Below, one piece after another: positions 45,777 to 48,497 of a DNA stretch of 48,497 bases. The notes beneath the pieces are model-generated. The model was not told the origin of the DNA, searched no databases, and saw only the letters and a list, made by a program, of their open reading frames with translations. The stretch is from a virus (Duplodnaviria > Caudoviricetes). The stretch covers positions 1-48,497 of IMG/VR virus record IMGVR_UViG_3300032323_000845. One strand, given 5' to 3'. The translations under genes and the position numbers were made by a program. Position 1 is the stretch's first letter; every line of letters begins with the position of its first letter.

Positions 45777-47663
45777 ATGGACGCAACAAATAACATAGCT
45801 ACAGATTTATTCTACAAAGTACGCAGCCGGTTCTCTGGTCTGAAACTAGGTGCAAGTTCTGGTGAGATCACTATCAATCCAGAGCAGGCCAGGTTCTTTG
45901 ATTTTGACTACACAGAAGGTCAAAATCCTATAGGACATGTCAGCATCAGTCTTGCAGAACCTAATTCTATGAAAGTGTATTTCTCCAATGGAATTACAGA
46001 AGGCATGGACGACGGGCAGAAAACAAACTGGTATGGCTTCTTGAAAGAACTGCGTCAATTTGCCAAACGAAGATTATTAAGTTTTGACACCAGAGATATT
46101 GCCAAAGATAACTTGGACAAAAGAGACTATGAGTTTCTCAGTCAAAATGCACAACCTAAACCACAGACAAATATGATACAGAAATCAGTCGGAGAAAGCC
46201 TAATGAGTGAAAGCACAATGTACGGTAGCAAAACAATGAGCTATCAAAAATTAATGGACACACGTCTAATCATCAAACACAGCCATGCAGTGATGGATGA
46301 CACACAACCGGGTGCCAGAACTAGAAACATTAATGCATTGTTTGTAGAGAATCAAGACGGTGAACGTTTTAAATATCCTTTCATTCATCTTGCTGGTGCT
46401 CGTGCTATGCAGCGTCACGTGGCCAACGGCGGCTTGCCCTATGATGATCTAGGCAAGAGCATTACACAAATGAGCGAAGAGATCGCACAGCTCAAGAGTT
46501 TCGGCAACTATGTGGTACGTAATGACCTAATGAATTCAGACACTAACTCAGTGGTTGAAAGAAGCACAGAGTATCTAAATCATCTCAGAGAACAAATCAA
46601 GGCCCTAAGCAAGCAGAGTCACTATGAGGCCTACAGAGAAAATTTCCAGGCAAACCCCAACGAAGAAATTCCGCAAGATGTGGTAGAAGATTTCAAACAG
46701 AAGTTCACAGTGAGATCATTCAAAGAAGATATCGCAACTGTGTTTCCGGTCTTGTACAGACTGATGAAAGAAGGAAACACCATAGGCTATGACGACATAG
46801 TCGCTATGACACAACAAGAAATCAACAACGAAGACCTAACGGTTGAAACAGAAGACAATGATCCATTTGCTCAATTTGAAAATTGGGTTATGGGCCTAGG
46901 CGAAGACAGTGCAGTGACCAGCGAAGATCCTGAAGAACAGGCAGCAGCACTACAGGGACTACAAGAACTTGTAGGACAACATTTCCCAGCTGGCGTCGAT
47001 GGCACTAACGCTATCGAAAGCCTTAAAGGCCTAATTGAAGATCCAGAATTATACAAACGAATTAAAGAACAGGCAGCACAAGACCCAGATGCATGTGTAA
47101 GACCATTGGTTAAAGATTGGTTGGAATTTAATGCACCCGAAGCACTAGAACAGTTGGATTTTGGCGACATGGTGGATGACCCGGAAGCAGCCCAAGGAGG
47201 TGACCAAACTGCCCCGGAAGCGGAACCAGCACCAGTTGATCCAGCAGCAGCGGCTGTACCTGCAGAGGAACCAGTACCGCAAGAAGCTGTGGATCCTGAT
47301 AATCCAAGAGATTACGAAAGACCAGCAGTTGACAGAAAGAAAGCAGGGCAATCCCCACTGACTATGAAAGACGTAGAATACAAGGATGACAAGCCCAAGC
47401 GTGATTTTGAAAAGAGAAAACAAAGATTAAACACCGAAGAATTAGCAGAGTTCATCACATCATTTTATGATCGTGACACAGGCACATTCCCTAAAGGCCC
47501 AGAAGGCGTTGCAATCATGGTAGGTAAGAAGTTTGGCGAACAGGCAGAATCAGTGGCTCGCAGATTCGTAGAAAGAATGGCTCCTAATCAGACAACTGAG
47601 CAAAATCAAGAATTATCACGTATTAGAGAATTATCAGGCATTAGCCAAGGCATTGGAATGTAA
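45777..47663 (+). CDS. Large acidic hypothetical protein, probable virion/head component
   Basis: Long ORF; start reassigned to ATG 45777 (TAAATA at 45766-45771 plus N5); ends ELSRIRELSGI. Confidence 0.65.
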   Translation: MDATNNIATDLFYKVRSRFSGLKLGASSGEITINPEQARFFDFDYTEGQNPIGHVSISLAEPNSMKVYFSNGITEGMDDGQKTNWYGFLKELRQFAKRRLLSFDTRDIAKDNLDKRDYEFLSQNAQPKPQTNMIQKSVGESLMSESTMYGSKTMSYQKLMDTRLIIKHSHAVMDDTQPGARTRNINALFVENQDGERFKYPFIHLAGARAMQRHVANGGLPYDDLGKSITQMSEEIAQLKSFGNYVVRNDLMNSDTNSVVERSTEYLNHLREQIKALSKQSHYEAYRENFQANPNEEIPQDVVEDFKQKFTVRSFKEDIATVFPVLYRLMKEGNTIGYDDIVAMTQQEINNEDLTVETEDNDPFAQFENWVMGLGEDSAVTSEDPEEQAAALQGLQELVGQHFPAGVDGTNAIESLKGLIEDPELYKRIKEQAAQDPDACVRPLVKDWLEFNAPEALEQLDFGDMVDDPEAAQGGDQTAPEAEPAPVDPAAAAVPAEEPVPQEAVDPDNPRDYERPAVDRKKAGQSPLTMKDVEYKDDKPKRDFEKRKQRLNTEELAEFITSFYDRDTGTFPKGPEGVAIMVGKKFGEQAESVARRFVERMAPNQTTEQNQELSRIRELSGISQGIGM

Positions 47664-47684
47664 CAGTTTCGTCGCAGTTAGATC

Positions 47685-47708
47685 GGGCACTTCGGTGCCC
47701 TTTCTTTT
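47685..47708 (+). terminator. Rho-independent terminator with C(UUCG)G loop
   Basis: GGGCAC-TTCG-GTGCCC-TTTCTTTT. Confidence 0.9.
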
Positions 47709-47732
47709 GGCAAAATGAAATCAAACTTTTAT

Positions 47733-47759
47733 GTAAACGTCTAGTCCTACTAAAGCGTT
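47733..47759 (+). promoter_or_regulatory. Candidate ECF-sigma promoter
   Basis: GTAAAC-N17-CGTT fits the general ECF 'AAC...CGT' consensus; followed by a 5' hairpin at 47767-47790. Confidence 0.45.
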
Positions 47760-47814
47760 ATATATATACGTAGGGAATATTCTTTACGTAAAACAACCTA
47801 AAGGAAACTTTAAA

Positions 47815-48045
47815 ATGAAATCAATCGCAATCGTAGTAGCATCATTGTTCGCAGTGTCAGCATTTGCACAAGCACCTGCTAAGAAAGAAGAAGCCAAGCC
47901 AGCAGCACCGGCCGCTACAGCAAGCGCACCAGCACCAGCTAAAGCAGAAGCTAAGAAGGACGAGAAAAAGCCTGCCAAAAGTGAGCCTGCAAAGAAAGAG
48001 CCAGCTAAAGCAGACGCAAAGCCTGCTGCTACTCCAGCGAAGTAA
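47815..48045 (+). CDS. Small secreted Pro/Ala/Lys-rich protein with a Sec signal peptide
   Basis: MKSIAIVVASLFAVSAFA|QAPAKK... (AxA cleavage site); SD AAGGA. Confidence 0.8.
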   Translation: MKSIAIVVASLFAVSAFAQAPAKKEEAKPAAPAATASAPAPAKAEAKKDEKKPAKSEPAKKEPAKADAKPAATPAK

Positions 48046-48206
48046 TTTTGGTTTAGACGACAGTGACTTCATTTTAGACGATGAAGTCACATTTGGCCGT
48101 AATCGACGAGCAAATGAGTTTGGTAAAGTCATTGAAGATGAACTATCAGACTATGTGAAGTTTAGATTATGGTTAGCTAGGCAATTAGCAATGGCGAAGT
48201 ATAGAG

Positions 48207-48236
48207 AAAAGTGGGCATGACCCACTTTTTTCTTTT
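48207..48236 (+). terminator. Rho-independent terminator
   Basis: AAAAGTGGG-CATGA-CCCACTTTT followed by TTCTTTT. Confidence 0.85.
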
Positions 48237-48269
48237 GGTAAAATAGATTAAAAAAATAGCAGATAATCA

Positions 48270-48298
48270 TTGACCTTGATAAATAAAAAGCGCATAAT
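48270..48298 (+). promoter_or_regulatory. Sigma70-type promoter with a nested late promoter for gp32
   Basis: TTGACC-N17-CATAAT, with TAAATA at 48280-48285 inside the spacer. Confidence 0.7.
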
Positions 48299-48354
48299 AA
48301 AACATGTGCATAAGGCATATAAACATTTTAGGCATAACATAGGAGGCATTTAAA

Positions 48355-48497
48355 ATGGCAACATTATCAGAAATCCGTGCTAAACTTCAAGAAGCACAAT
48401 CAAAGTCCACAGGACAATCCACCGGCGGTGGAGACAACGCAATTTACCCACACTGGAATATGCAAGAAGGCAAAGAAGCTCTAGTACGTTTCTTACC
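48355..48497 (+). CDS. gp32: Single-stranded DNA-binding protein (T4 gp32-like), N-terminal fragment
   Basis: AGGAGG SD; MATLSEIRAKLQEAQ...GGGDNAIYPHWNMQEGKEALVRFL(P), matching the gp32 'D...W......A.IRFLP' motif; runs off the window. Confidence 0.8.
   Translation, partial: MATLSEIRAKLQEAQSKSTGQSTGGGDNAIYPHWNMQEGKEALVRFL

Noticed and set aside
1274-47423. Many short antisense and alternate-frame ORFs in the track (for example 2554-2910, 20573-21028, 35577-36038, 42762-43190)
   Set aside because: They are shadows of long genes with biased codons (few stops on the reverse strand), with no RBS, promoter or recognisable motifs.
47964-47970. G_AAA_AAG slippery heptamer as the route into the downstream frame
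   Set aside because: It would cause a -1 shift, whereas the open downstream frame is +1; the -1 frame soon reaches a stop.
48046-48236. tmRNA-like element (structured RNA with an internal start-less ORF)
   Set aside because: No tRNA-Ala-like acceptor (GGGG...CCA), no T-loop, and the peptide does not end in an ssrA-type tag.
1-48497. Alternative genetic code (stop-codon reassignment), as in some large phages
   Set aside because: Genes are full length and densely packed under the standard code, with no conserved gene broken by an internal stop.

Overview
This window comes from a large, distantly T4-like (T4-superfamily) myovirus and covers virion morphogenesis. It starts with the 3' end of the major capsid gene (gp23). 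A ~26 kb plus-strand block of fibre and appendage genes follows: two paralogous pairs, two giant multi-domain fibres, a chaperone-tipped fibre and three glycine-rich adhesin-like genes. Next is a convergent minus-strand unit (gp14, gp15, a degenerate NUDIX protein, two unknowns, a carbamoyltransferase and a flavin-dependent halogenase-like gene). After that come gp13, dNMP kinase, an HNH-like zinc-finger gene, an oversized tail sheath, the tail tube, a tube-like baseplate protein, gp4, both terminase subunits separated by probable internal head proteins, a host-like secreted Pro/Ala/Lys-rich peptide, and the start of gp32 (SSB). The most striking features read directly from the sequence are: (1) a late-promoter motif TAA(A/G)TA exactly 5 nt before the ATG of eight genes, implying systematic leaderless late mRNAs; (2) four phycobiliprotein-like CxRD helical repeats in the largest fibre; (3) a halogenase/carbamoyltransferase cassette that appears late-transcribed and abuts the adhesin genes; (4) an ECF-type promoter driving a secreted peptide gene, followed by a highly structured 3' region containing an ORF with no start codon. 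All product calls come from recognising motifs by eye; no database searches were run. I saw no tRNA, rRNA, CRISPR array or mobile element.
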